Assembly: GCF_963921235.1 (NCBI RefSeq) | Contig: NC_086097.1 | Span: 58,220,001 to 58,284,000, forward strand | Length of the DNA: 64,000 bases | Source of the DNA: Mobula hypostoma | Taxonomy: Eukaryota | Direction: 5' to 3' | Shown: piece after piece, positions 47,544 through 61,004 of the stretch | How the letters are laid out: the number at the start of each line of letters is the position of its first letter | How positions within the stretch are numbered: the stretch's first letter is position 1 | Position numbers and translations under genes: made by a program | The notes under the pieces: generated by a model | The model's input: the letters and a program-made list of their open reading frames with translations, nothing else | Database searches by the model: none | Told to the model about the DNA's origin: nothing

Positions 47544-50500
47544 ATAGTCATAGAGTCAGCAAACACTACAGCACCCTTCAGCCCATTAAGTCCACACTAA
47601 ACTGCCTAGTTCTATTAATCAGTATCTGTCTATAGCCCTCCATATTTCTTCCATCCATGTACCTGTCCAAATTTCTCTTCAATGTTGAAATCGAACCCAT
47701 GTCCACCACTCCTACTTGCAGCTCATCCCTCACTCTCACCACCCTCTGAATGAAGAAATACCCCTTATGTTCTCCTTAAACATTTCACCTTTCACCCTTA
47801 AACCATGACCTCTAGCTCTAGTCTCACCCAACATTGGTGGAAAAAGCTTGCTTGCATTTACCCTATCTATATCCCTCATGAATTTGTATACCTCTTATCA
47901 AGTTGGAGACAGTTTCTTATGGACTTTACAAGCCAGCTTTATAAAACAAATAGGGCCTGTCAGGACTCATTTGCCGAGTGGGAGATCGCTTGGATTATCA
48001 GTAACTTAGCAAGAGTCAATAAAAAGTAGTGAGGTGTGGGAGCGGGCATTGTTGGAGTGGGCCAGTGTTAGAGTGGTCAGGCTTTGGCTCAACAGGCAGA
48101 GGCTGAGGGTGCTGAGTCATTTGGAATACTTTTGTTGATTGTAGAACTTAAACTTAAGAAGTTAGAGCTAAAAGTATAACAAGAACAGGCAGGGTGGTAG
48201 TTAAGGCAGTGGAATGCTCCTCCTGTTATATATGGTACCTGATGATATCCCTAATAACTAGACGTGCAGAAAGTGCACTCAACTTCAGCTTCTGACTGAC
48301 AAATCAAGGAAATGGAACTGGAACTGGAGGCTGATGTACTCGGGAACATCCCGGAGGCTGAAAACCTCATAGATGAGTCTTTTACTGAGATGGTCACACC
48401 TAGAGTGCAGGCTTCAGATAGCAGATGCATAACCACCAGGAGAAATAAGGGGATTAAGCAGTTAAATCAGGTTTCCCCTTTGGCTATTCCCCTTAGCAAC
48501 AAATATACCCCTTTGGATACCTCTGGGGGGATGGGGTGGGGGGTAGGACCTATCAGGGCACAGCAGCAGCAGCTAGATCAGAGGCAATGTGGCCGGCTCT
48601 GAGGCTTAACAGGAAAGGGTAATTTCAGGTAGAGAGATGGTGATAGGAGACTCCATAGTTAGGGGGGTGGCAGGCGGTTTTGTAGCCACGAAGACACCAG
48701 GATGGTGTGTTGCCTCCTGGGTGCTAGTATCAAAGATGTTTCAGAGTGGCTGCAGAATATTCTCAAGAGGAAAGGTGAGCAGCTAGTGGTCGTGGTGCAC
48801 ATTGGCACTGATGACATGGGTAGAAAGGAGGGAGAGGTCTTGCGCAGTGACTATAGTGTATTAGGGAAGAGACTGAAGAGCAGGACCATTACTTCAAGTG
48901 CTCTGTTCTAGACCAAGCATGAATAGCATGATGGTACAGATGAATGAGTGGTCGATAAAATGGTGTAGGGGACAGGGTTTCAGATTGCTGGATCATTGGG
49001 ATCTCCTCTGGGGACCTTTACAAAAAGGACAGGTTTCACATTAACCTGAGGGGGAACGAATATCCTAATGGGCAGGTTTGCTAGAACTGTTGAGGAGGAT
49101 ATAAACTAATTTCTTAGGGGGATAGGAAATGGTGTGATAGGGCTGAGATAGAGCAGTAGGTAGACAATTAGATGCAGTGTGGTAGTGGTAATGTGAAGAT
49201 GGACAGGCAGCTGATAGGGCAAAATTGCAGTAAGTGGGATGAGTTGAAGTGTAACATGGGGGCAGAATTGAAAAGGGTGATGAATACAGGGCTATACGTT
49301 TTATGTTTGACTACAGACAGTATATGGAGTAAGGTAGAAGATCTTGTAGCAGAGTTAGAAATTGGCAGGTATGACATCTTGGGCAGGGGATAGGGTTTCA
49401 GATTTCTGGAATATTGGGATCTCCTTCTGGAAAAGGTATGACCTGTACAAAAGGAATAGATTACACCTGAACCTGAGAGGGACCAATACCCTTGCCGTCA
49501 GGTTGTGGAGAGCTTAAATTTATTTGGCAGGAAGACGGAAACTAAAGTGATCGGGCTAAAGACAAGGCGGTTGCTTTACGACCAGATGCAGTCTTCTGTG
49601 AGATTGTCAGGAAGGACAGGCAGATGACAGAGCAAAATTGTGGACAGTGTTACAGTTGCAGTGTAACATAGGGACAAAATACGGGACTGAAGGTGTTGTA
49701 GTTGAATGCACACATAAGGTAGATGTAGTGCAGTTAGAGATTAGCAGGTATGATGAGGGCACACTAACTTATGGCTGAAGAAAGATCACAGTTGGAGGCT
49801 TAATATGCAAGGATATGCAATGTTTCAAAAGGACAGGCAGATAGGCTGAGGGGGTGGGTAGCTCTGTTGGTAAAACATGAAATCAAATCCTTAGAAAAAA
49901 GGTGACATAAGATCAGAAGATGTAGAATTGTGGTTGAACCCACTAGGGGAAAGGCAATTCTGTGTTGAGTGTTGTGTAATGAGCCAGATTTGATTCGGGA
50001 GCTTAAGGTAAAGGAACCTTTAGGAGACAGTGATCATAACATGAAAGAATTCAAACTACAGTCTAAGAGGGAGAAGCTAAAGTCAGATGTATCAATATTG
50101 CAATGGAGTAAAGGGAATTTCACAGGCATAAGAGAGGTGCTGTCCAAAGTTGATTGGAAGGGGACACTAGCAGAGATGATGCCGGAACAGGAAGAGCTGG
50201 AGTTTTTAGAGATAATTCAGAAAGTGCAAGAGAGTACCATACCAAAAATGAAGAAATATTCTAAAGAGGGCAGGATGCAACACTGCCTGAGGAGGCAAGT
50301 CAAGAACAGCATAAGAGCAAAATAGAAGGCATATAAAGATATTAAAAAGTGGGAAGTTAGAACATTGGGAATCTATTAAAAATCAAAAGTAGGCAAATAT
50401 AAAAGCCATAAAGAGGGAAAAGATAAAAATAGAACACTAAACTAGCCAATAATATCAAAGAAAATACCAAACGTTTTTTTGCAGACACATAAAGAGTAAT

Positions 50501-52650
50501 AGAGAGGAGAGAGTGGATATCAAACTGGAGAGATAGTAATGGGGGACAAAGAAATGTTGGACAAGCTTAATAAGTATTTTTGTGTCTGGATTTACTGTGG
50601 AAGACAGTAGTATGCCAGAAATTTGAGTGTATCAGGAGGCAGAAGTGAGCGTATTTGCTATTACTAAGGAGAAGATGATGGGGAAGCTAAAATGTCTGAA
50701 GGTAGATAAGTCAACTAGACCAGTTGGACTCTACAGAAGGACTTAGACAGTTCGGGAGAATGGGCAAAGAAGATGGAGATGGAATATAATGTAGTGGTGT
50801 CAATGGTCCTGAACTTTGGTAGAAGGAATAAAGATATAGACTATTGTCTAATCAGGAGAACTTTCAAAATTCAGAGGTGTAAAGGGATTTGGGAGTCCTT
50901 GTGCAGGATGCCCTAAAGGTTAACTTGCAGGTGGTAAGGAAGGCAAATGCAATGTTAGCATTCATTTCAAGAGGACCAGGATATAAGCACAAGGATATAA
51001 TGCTAGGGCTTTATAAAGCATTTGATTAATGTGAGCAGTTTTGGGCCCCTTATCTAATAAAAGATATGCTGGCAATGGAGAGGGTCCAGAGAAGGTTCAC
51101 AAGAATGATTCTAGGAATGAAAGTGTAAGTGTTTGATGCCTCTAGGCCTGTACTCACTGGAGTTTAGAAAGATGAGGCAGGAACTGAATTGAAACCAATC
51201 TAGTATTGAAGGGCCTACAAAAAGGATGTTTCCTATAGTGGGTGAGTCTATGACCAGAGGGCACAGCCTCAGACTAGAGGGACATCCATTTAGCACAGAA
51301 ATGAGGAGGAATTTCTTTAGCCGGATGGTGGTGAATCTGTAGCATTTTTAAAGCTAGGGACGCCAAGTCAGTGAGTACATTTATAACGGAGGTTGATAGG
51401 TTCTTGATTACTCAGGATGTCAAAAGTTACAGGGGGAAAGCAAGAGAAAACCATTGAGAGGGATAATATATCAGCCATGTTGGATTGGCAGAGCAGGTTC
51501 AATGGTCTAAATGACCTAATTCTGCTCCTCTGTCATATGGTCAAATTTTCTCTCATTCTTCTTCGCTCTAGGGAACAAATTCCTAATCTATTAAACCTTT
51601 TCCTGTAACTCAGGTGCTCAAGTCCTAGCAATATCCTTGTAAATTTTCTCTGCGCTCTTTCAATCTTGTTCATATCCTTCCTGACCAAAACTGTACACAT
51701 CACCCCAAATTATGCCTCACCAATGTCTTGTACAACTCCAACATAACATCTCAGCTCCTTTGCTCAATACTTTGATGGAAGGCCAATATATCAAAGGCTT
51801 TCTTTATAACCCCATCTACATGTGATGTCACCTTCAAGGTTTTGTAGGTCTGTTTTCCCAGATCCCTCTGTTCTACTGCACTCCTCAGTGCCCGTCTGCT
51901 CACTGTGTAAATCCTCCCCTGGTTTTTCCTGCCAAAGTGCAACATCTCACACTTGTCTGCATTTTTCAGCCTTTTTTTCCCACAGGTCCAGATCTCAATG
52001 CAAGCCATGATAACCTTCCTCGCTGTCCACAACACCCACGGTCTTGGCATCATCCACAAATTTGCTGTTCCAGTTATTCTCATCCAGACCATTCATATTG
52101 ATGACAAGCAACAATGGATCCAGTACCGATCCCTGTAGCATACCACTAGTCACAAGCCTCCAGTCAAAGAAGCAACCATTTACTATCACTCTCTGGCTTC
52201 TCCTGCAAATGCCTAATCCAATGTACTGCCTCATCTGGAATGCCAAGCAAATGAACCTTCTTGACCAACCTCCCATGATGTACCTTGTCGAAGACTTTGC
52301 TAAAATCCATGTCGACAACATTCATTGCCTTGCCTTTTTCAACTTTCCTGATAACTTCCTTGAAAAATTCTGTGATTGGTTAGATATGATCTATCATGCA
52401 CAAAGCCATGTTAACTATCCCTAATCAGTCCCTGTCTATCCCAATATTTACTGTATATATTGCTTCCATTAACTTACCCACTATTGATATCAGGCTCACT
52501 GGTCTATAATTTCCTGGATTATTCTTAGAGCCATTCTTAAATAATGGAACGTTAGCTATCCTCCAGTCCTCCACATTGCATCTGTGGCTAATGATGTTTA
52601 AAATATCTCTGCTAGCGTCCCTGTAATTTTTGCACTAGCCTCCCACAGGG
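47544..52650 (-). mobile_element. CR1 LINE (minus), pieces 47544-47901 and 51541-52650
   Basis: SGMLQGSVLDPLL, SKFVDDAK, EQRDLG motifs on the minus strand; 3' tail at 47544; split by a plus-strand CR1. Confidence 0.85.
47902..51540 (+). mobile_element. CR1 LINE (plus), degraded, with ORF1 remnant, internal duplication and RT-core deletion
   Basis: VKAVECSSC...CRKCTQLQLL, IGDSIVRG, HIGTDD, LGDSDHN; jumps from KVDKS directly to the post-FADD region near 50730; tcaa on both flanks. Confidence 0.85.
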
Positions 52651-52939
52651 TCCAACAATCACTCCTTAGCCAAAGTCACTTTGATCACATTTCATCCCCA
52701 TTCTGATGTTTGGTATGAACAACAACTGAACCTCTTGACCATGTCTGCATGCTTTTATGAATTGAGATGCCGCCACATGATTGGCTGATTAGATGTTTGC
52801 ATTAATGAGCAGTTGTACCTGATAAAGTGACCTCTGAGTGTAATTTGATTTGGTAAGGTAGTGAAGGGGTCGAGTTAGATCGATAATATTATTGAATTCA
52901 CATCAGATGTTTAAACTCAACATACTGTTTACTTCCCCC

Positions 52940-55302
52940 TCCCTAACCCCGTGCTAGTGCTGGTGAAACACTGCTAGAGCTCTAAGTGGCCACCTGTGGC
53001 TTTGAAGCCACTGACCCCGACAGTGTCTTCATTGTTGCTGATGACTTCAATCATGCCAACCTAAAAACAGTCCTGCCAATGTTCTACCAACATCTCAACT
53101 TCACAACCAGAAGGGGGATAAATTAGATGTGGCTTATACCAACATCCGTGGAGTCTACATGGCTACTCCACATCCTCACCTCAGATACTTAGACCATTTC
53201 GCTAATGATACAGACCAATGGTTAAACGAGTCAAACAAGGAGATCTGGACCTGTCCAGAAGGTGACACCTTAGTGCTGCTGGACAGTTTCGAAAGTAAAG
53301 ACTGGAGTCTATTCAGGGAGATGGCTACTTACAATCACCACGTCAGCATTGATGAAAATGTGGGATCAGTGACAGGCTGCATAGGCAAATACATTGAGGA
53401 CATTACTGTGATCAAATACTACACCGCCAGTACAAACTAGAAATCATGGCTGACTGCAAAGATCTGTGAACTACTTAGAGATCTGGACGTTGCCTTCAGA
53501 TCAGATAGGATGACTCAAAGGTCAGAAAGAGGTGTGCTCTCTGATGCCATCAGGAAGGCAAAGCGCGAGTACTCACAGAAAATTCAGACACCGGCAAGTA
53601 GCACATGTGGCAAGGTATACAAATATAACAGGTTACAAGTCCATCCTGTGCATCAACTACAGTGACACATCGCTTCCTGATGGGTTGAATGTCTTCTATG
53701 TATGATTTGATGCAATGAATGGTGTGACCTTGAGGAAAGCCCTCTGCTCACATGAGGAACAGGCACCCTGTCTGGCCTCAGCCGAAGTGAGGAGGACCCA
53801 AGCCAGGGTAAACCCACACAAAGCCGCAGGGCTGGACAGCATACCTGGTCTGAGGGATTGTGTGGCCAAGATCACAGAGGTCTTAATATCTGGACATCTT
53901 TAATATCCCTTTGAAACAGTTCACTTTTCCTGCAGGCTTCAAGGTAGCCACCATCATTCAGGTGCCCAGGAGAGCAATGGTAACTGACCTAAATGATAAC
54001 CAGTCAGTGATACTGACTTAAACAATCATGAAGTGCTTTGAGTGGTTGCTAATGGGTTGTGTCAAAATACCACCCTCTGGCTACATTGGACTCTTTCCAG
54101 TTCTACTACCACTCAAACAAGTTCACCAATGATGCCATAGCCTTGGCCCTCCACTCCATCTTGTCCCACCTAAAAAACAATGCCTCTTGTGCCAGCATGT
54201 TGTTCATTGACTTCAGCTTGTTATTCAACACGATCATCCCTCAGAGTCTGGTGCATAAACTGTCCTCATTGGAACTCAACACCCCTCTCCGTAACCGGCT
54301 CTTGGACTTCTTGATGGAAAGTCGCCAGTCCGTTCAAGTTGGAAGCAACGTGGTAATCTCCATCACGCTGAACACTGATGCCTCCCAAGGCTGCATGCTC
54401 AGCCCGTTGTTCATGCTGCTGACTCATGTCTTCACTGTCAAATCCAGCTCGAACTGTAACATCAAGTTCTCTGGTGGTACCGCAGTGGCTGACCTCATCA
54501 GCAACAATGATGAGTCAGCATACTGAAGGGAGGTAGAGAGGCTTGTCAAAGAGATGATTGCAGAATTCGATCACTTTCTATTGCACACCAATGGCTCCGC
54601 TGCGGAGAGAGTGAAGAGCACAAAGTTCTTTAGTATGCATATAACGGACGATCCAACCTGGACCCACAACACCTCTTCATTAGTCAAGAAGGCACAGCAG
54701 CATCTACACTTTCTGAGAAGATTGAGGTGAACAAGGCTCCCCACCCCCATTCTCACAACTTTCTAGAAGAGCACTATCGAGAGGGTCCTGTTTGGCTGCA
54801 TCATTGTGTGGTACGGAAGCTGCAAGCATCAGACTACAGAACCCTACAGAGGATCCAGCCGATCACTGGGGTCTCCCTCAGCCCTATTTGTGACAGCGCT
54901 GTAGACAAAGGGTCCAAACCATTACTGAGGATCCCTGCCACCCATCCCACAATCTCTTTGATTTACTATCGTCAGGAAGGAGGTACAGGAGCATCAGGAC
55001 TAGAACTGCCAGACTGGGTAACAGCTTTCTCCCTCAGGCTGTGAGACCAATAAATACCCTGCTACCACCAAGATCTATCTTATCAATGGGACAGCGAGCT
55101 GTTTAATGTACTATTTACTGTTTACCTTTGCTGCACACTATATGCACTTTGAATTATATATTTTTAAATTATTTATGGCAATTTTTTTTTATGTGCTGTG
55201 TGTGATATATGTGTATTGTGGGTGCACTGTGGTCTGGAGGAACATTGTTTCATTTGGTTGTATATATAGGTATAATCAGATGACAATAAACTGGAACTTG
55301 AA
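52940..55302 (+). mobile_element. Rex1/Babar-type LINE (endonuclease end, RT, 3' UTR), degraded
   Basis: FIVADDFNHANLKTVLP, KAAGLDSIPG, MLFIDFSLLFNTIIP, SQGCMLSP; tail gacaataaactggaacttgaa. Confidence 0.9.
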
Positions 55303-55499
55303 ATAACTTCAGTAAAACCTTGCTGTTACTGAGCTTTCACTTGCATTTGCAAATGAAAAGATATTAGTCTGAGGTTGTAGTCAGAGATGATTTCTCAATT
55401 TATCATCCACGCATTCACAAGGTATACTGGTTGGATCATTTCAGAAAACAAATCTTATTCTTTTTCAGCAATTTAAGAATAGAAAATTGATTTCATAAC

Positions 55500-55985
55500 C
55501 AGTAGGAAGTCTCCACAATGGGTAGTCAAAACTGCCCAATGCATCAACCTATCTACCCGCCATCAAGGACATAGATGCTGAAAGGTGCCAGGAAGAGGGA
55601 GGTAACATCATGAAGAGTCCCATTCATGGACTGTTTGTCCCACTCCCATCAGGGAGGAGGCCACATAGCATCCACATCAGGACCATCAGACTCAAAAACA
55701 GCTACTTCCCTCAAGCAGTATGTTGATCAACACCATTGCCCACTAACCCATCCCTCCACACCCCTCATCACTATCATATCCTGTCAGTCACTTTATGTAC
55801 AGACACTCCTGTGTCTAGTGTCACTGTATGGACATATAATCAACCTATGTATATAAGCTATGTATATTGCGTATTTTATTATTGTGTTCTTTATCTTGTT
55901 TTTTTGTGCTACATCAGATTCAGAGTAACAATTATTTCATTCAAATATTTATTGGAAATGACATTAAATAATCTTAAAATCTGCA
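55500..55985 (+). mobile_element. Rex1-type 3' fragment
   Basis: HGLFVPLPSGRR..SI..RTIRLKNSYFPQAV and an AT-rich 3' UTR. Confidence 0.75.
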
Positions 55986-56979
55986 CTGTCAGGATTTCCT
56001 TTCGATTTTAGTTTTAAAAAATACTCTGTTTAATATTTATAATCTTAGTCTCAGCCTTTTGTTTTTATTTAGCTTCACCATGTTTTTCTCTTGTACCTCT
56101 ATTTCTCCAATTTTTTCCTGCTTGTCTTATACTTACTGTTCTTGATGTCTAATTGTTTGTACATTCTTCATTCAAGAAGCATTTAGCAACAAAAATAGAT
56201 TAAATAAAGTGCTCAGTTCAGAGAATCTATCTCAATACACAAATTCGTACGAATTATTAAAGCACAGTGCTAATGAAAGATCTCAAATCTACTGTAAGTT
56301 ACAGCTGCTTTTATCCTAAGTACAAACAAGCTGTATGAAAGCACTCTGCCAAAGGTAAGTGATAACAAAACAGGTTGTTATACAACTACTTGAGGATTGA
56401 AGAATGCTAAGGAAAAAAGGATATGCAAGAACCATTGGAAAAAGTAACTTTTTTTGTAATCTTTGTTCTAATCATAGTTCAGTATGCTTCATTCCACTGA
56501 ATAAAAGAGCCCGCTACTCCTGACAGAGGGAAGCTAAATCAAGGAAAAGAGGAAGATTTAAAAAAATGATCAAGTTATGTCGAATGTTTCATTCAGCGTT
56601 TGACATTTCTATTATTTCTGTTTTTTCAATAGTAGGTCTGTATGAAAGAGGCCAGAGACAGGTGCAAGTCTTCTCATAGCTTGGTCTTATTCTGGCTCCT
56701 CACTGAATTCAAAAATATTCTAAGGGCGGAAATTATAAAGGTTGTACTGACTGACCATTCTAACATTGAGAAAGCATCTTGGCCTGTCTGTGCTTTGTAA
56801 ATGGAAGAGCCCGTATTATGCAGCCCATTGGAATGTGTGTCAGAACTCCAGCCAATCAATGAGACATTACAGGACAGCAAAACCACTAAGCTAGAGATCC
56901 ACCTGCCAGCAGGGATTGCTGATATCCTTTCTTCCCTTACCTATGGGCAATGAACCCAAGGATAATACATACCAACCAT

Positions 56980-57210
56980 CACACACAAAATGCTGGAGGA
57001 ACTCAACAGGCCAGGCAGCACCTATGGAAAAAAGTACTGTTGACATTTCAGGCCAAGACCCTTCAGCCGGACTCTGGTCTTGCTGAAAGGTCTCGGCCCG
57101 CAACATCAACTGCACTCTTTTCCATAGATGCTGCCTGCCCTGCTGAGTTCCTCCAGCATTTTATGTGTGATGCTTGGATTTCCAGCATTTGCAGATTTTC
57201 TCTTGTTTGT
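56980..57210. mobile_element. Head-to-head inverted pair of Penelope terminal repeats
   Basis: 56980-57072 (minus) and about 57075-57210 (plus), both with decayed hammerhead cores; taccaaccat direct repeats at 56970-56979 and 57220-57229. Confidence 0.85.
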
Positions 57211-58309
57211 AATGGGACCTACCAACCATGTTCTCCACAAACTTAACCCTGCAGCAACTGAACTTTGATTATGTTAATCACTTTTTCTCATGTTTTTAAA
57301 AAATATTTTATAATGTGCTATCTCCCTTCCAAATGATGCAATTAATATATACAAATGAAGTAAATAATATACTATATAGATGACATTTGTTACAATGCCA
57401 TTGCCAACAATTTTTGTTGTTGTACTTGTGCATTATTAAAGGGTTCTTCATCTCATGAAAGGTCCATTTAGCCCAATAGTGCAATTTGGCACCATTTCTC
57501 CACTTGAACCTTGAACCTTGAACCCCACAACTGCCCCAATCCCACTTCACCTCCATTCCTCTCCCGTTGGCACTAAAAGCCTTACTTTTCCTCTCCTACA
57601 TTTGTTTATCTGCTTTTCATTAAGTACATTGGGTTACACTTGTCACTTATACCGCCTCTGAAACTCTGGGCAAAGGAGATTCTCAGAATTTACTGTTGAT
57701 GTCTTGGTAATTGTTTTATGTTGATTTTCCTGTAATTTTGTTCATCTTGACTAGCACTTCATAAAAAGCAGACAGGCATTTATTACGCTACAGCTACTGC
57801 CTGTTTATCATATCAGTAGTTCTAGTAGTGTTCCACTATTTGAAGAGCAAAGAAAGAATGGATGAAGTCTGAACCTTTATACTGTTTTAACTGTGGTCAA
57901 TTGTGTTTCACAGTCCTTGGAAACAAAGAATCATAGAATTGTCACAAAACTGAAGAAGGACGTTTGACCAGAGTTGATTCCCTGAAAATTCTGTCAGTCC
58001 AGTTCCCTGCTCTTTTCTCATTCAAATTATTGTCTCTCAAGCACCTCTTACGTTCTCTTTTAAACGCACTGACTGCTTTTGTTTCCATTGGAACATATTG
58101 ACAGGAATTCCAGAATCTAACTACAGGCAGAGTTTAAAAAAAGCTTAAAAAACACCCCCAACATTGTGCCATTCTGTTAAAGCGACAACAGTACAACAAA
58201 TTCCTCATACCAGGCTGTGAAACATTGGTATTTGAACATTAAACTTGAAAAGAACTAGACTGACACTTTCCAAACTAGAGTGAAAATAAGAACTCCAGCT
58301 CTGTATTTT

Positions 58310-58635
58310 TCCCTCGGGGTTTACTCCGGAAGCCTTCCCCATGAGTGGGTATAGACACAAGGCAGTGGAAGTTTGAGATCAGAGTTTTCCTTCTCCTAAG
58401 TGAGTTGCCAACCACAGCTGACCAGGCCCATCTGCCCAAATCGACTGGTTTTAAGGAGCCAGTAACCCACCTTTGCCCCTTCTCCTGTCAGTAGAAATGG
58501 TTGTGCTGGGCTTTGTAGTTAAACGACATGTGAGGGCCAGGAGCTGAACATCTGTTGTCAGAGGTTATTTGAGATGCACACCATTGGGAGCATTCAATTA
58601 TCTCCACTACTACTCCTGACTATAACAACCTTTAG
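58310..58635 (-). mobile_element. Probable RTE-related 5' region or SINE
   Basis: Minus strand ggttggcaactcacttaggagaaggaaaactctg resembles a motif recalled from RTE-clade leaders; no ORF. Confidence 0.35.
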
Positions 58636-58639
58636 GGAA

Positions 58640-59243
58640 TCCTTCCCTCCTACATAGTCCATAACCCTCCTATTTTCTTACATCCATGTGCCTATCTATG
58701 AGTCACTTAAAGTCCCTGTTATATCAACCTCTACTACTGCTCCTGGTGGTGCGTTCCAGGCACATATACTCTCTGTAAACAAAAAACCTTCTTCTGCTCA
58801 CCTTAAATTGATGCTCTGTGCTATTGGCCATTGCTGCCTGGAATGAAGCCATTGGCTGTCTCCTCTATCTATACCTCTCCTAATCTTGTCTTATTAAGTT
58901 GCTTCTCATCCTCATTCACTTCTTTGGGAAAAGCCCTAGCATACTCAATTTATCCTTATAAGACAGGCTCTCTAATCCAGACAGTATCCTGATAAATCTC
59001 CTCTGCAGCTTCTTTAAAGCTTCCACACCCATCTTACAATGAGGAAACCAGAACTGAACACAATACCCCAAGTGGTTCTAACCAGAGTTTTATTGAGCTG
59101 CAACATTACCTCATGGCTGTTGAACTCAATCCCCAAACTAACATACAGTTCACTTCCTTAACCACCCTCTCAACGTGTGCAGTAACTTTGAGGAACTCCA
59201 AGATTCCTCTGTACTCACACTGCTTAGAACCCCACCATTAATA
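58640..59243 (-). mobile_element. CR1 LINE 3' fragment
   Basis: Minus strand LVRT.LGYCVQFWFPHCK..V.AL and WNA.PG remnants. Confidence 0.8.
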
Positions 59244-59627
59244 GTTCAATATATTCTGCAGTGCATATTCCTCAACTAAAATAGGTCTGTTTGGTAAAAG
59301 ATTACAGTACATCAAACCTGGGCCTCCACTGAACTTTTTGACTGGAGTTCCAACTCTTATAAAATATTAATATCTTTGTTTCACTATGTACTAGATTATC
59401 ATAATAAACACAAAGTTCATCACAGTTACTTATAAAACCAGTTCGGATGTGTGGTTATTTCATGATGAACTCATTAACCAGCGTACTCTAAACATTGTTA
59501 TCCATGTTAAATACAAAGGGACTTTAAAAAGATAAATTGTATGTATCATTTTCAGTGGATGAACATTTGATTCCCCATTTGCAAATGATGCAATCAGTGA
59601 AATTCCAGATTTAGTAAATTTCATTGC

Positions 59628-60797
59628 ATTAGATTAGATTAAATGATTAGATTCAACTTTATTGTCAATGTACCGAGTACAGATACAAAGCCAATGGAAT
59701 GCCATTAGCATCTAACCAGAAGTTCAAAAGAATAGTATTATTTACAAAATAACTGTGAATAAAAAGTAAGTGCTACAGCATACAAATATAAAAGTACTGA
59801 TACAGATGCAATACGTCTTAGTGCTGTGATGTGAGGTCCAGCAGGGTCACAGCCTTGGGGAAGAAGCTCTTCCTGAGCCTACTGGTGCGAGAGTGGAGGC
59901 TCCTATAGCGCCTACCAGATTGGAGGAGAGTAAAAAGTCCATGGCTAGGGTGAGATGCATCCTTGATAATGCTTTTCGTCCTGCCCAGGCAGCTTTTATG
60001 GTAGATGTTCTCAAAGGTGGGCAATTGGGTGCCGACCATTTGCTGGGTAGTTTTCACCACCCGCTGGAGTGCTTTGCGGTCCGATACGGGACAATTGCCA
60101 TACCACACTGAGATGCAGTTGATGAGTATGTTCTCAATGGTACAACGGTAAAAGTCTGTCAGTGTCCTGGGACAGAGATGAGCTTCATCATCTGCAGAAA
60201 ATAAAGGCACTGTTGCGCCTTTTTGATCAGGATGGAGGAGTTGAGGGACCAGGTGAGATCCTCGGAAATGTGGACACCAAGGAATCTGAAGCTTGATACG
60301 TTCTCCACTATAGCTCTGTTGATGCAGATGGGAGTGTGGCTCCTAGCATGCCTGAAGTCCACAATGATCTCCTTGGTCTTCTGGGTGTTAAGGACCAAGT
60401 TGTTATCGGCACACCATGCGGCCAGGTACTGGATCTCGTCCCTGTAGGCCGTCTCGTCATCCCCTCTGATCAGGCCAACCACCGTGGTGTCGTCTGCGAA
60501 CTTGTTTATGGAGTTAGAACCGTGTACAGGAACACAGTCATAGGTGAAAAGGGAGTACAGAAGAGGGCTCAGCACACAGCCTTGAGGCACACCGGTGATC
60601 AGGGAAAGAGTGGAGGAGGAGAGGAATTCTAACTTAATAGATTGGGGTCTGTTCGTCAGAAGGTCCAAGGTCCAGTTGCAGAGGGATGAGCTGATACCAA
60701 GCTGGTGAAGTTTGGCGATCAGCTTGGAGGGGATCACAGTACTGAATGCCGAACTAAAGTCAATGAACAGCATTCTGACGTAAGAGTTGGGGCTGAA
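59628..60797 (-). mobile_element. Rex1/Babar-type LINE (RT to tail)
   Basis: [60 protein letters not shown]; (TCTAA)n tail at 59628-59655. Confidence 0.92.
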
Positions 60798-61004
60798 TGG
60801 ACAGTAACAATACCATCCAATAAGGAACAGCCAGCTCAATGTATTGTAATAGCTACTTGATCACAATCCATTCAACGAGGGTCAATACTGTTGAAAAACT
60901 AAGCATAGATAGGGGTGGTAACAATGAGATATTCAACTGTCAACATATAACAGGAGGTCAGAATGCCTTGATGTAAATCAACCAACTTAATAGTTTGGGG
61001 GATA

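Larger units (their letters stand above)
47265..52840 (-). mobile_element. Tc1-like element fragment split into 47265-47543 and about 52652-52840 by CR1 insertions
   Basis: Transposase N-terminal remnant QFCGQKSLVNERGQRRMARLVEADRKATVTQIT...QKSISECTT; sequence rejoins as ctggcacca/acaatca; right end aaagtgacctctgagtg followed by TA. Other TIR not found. Confidence 0.75.
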
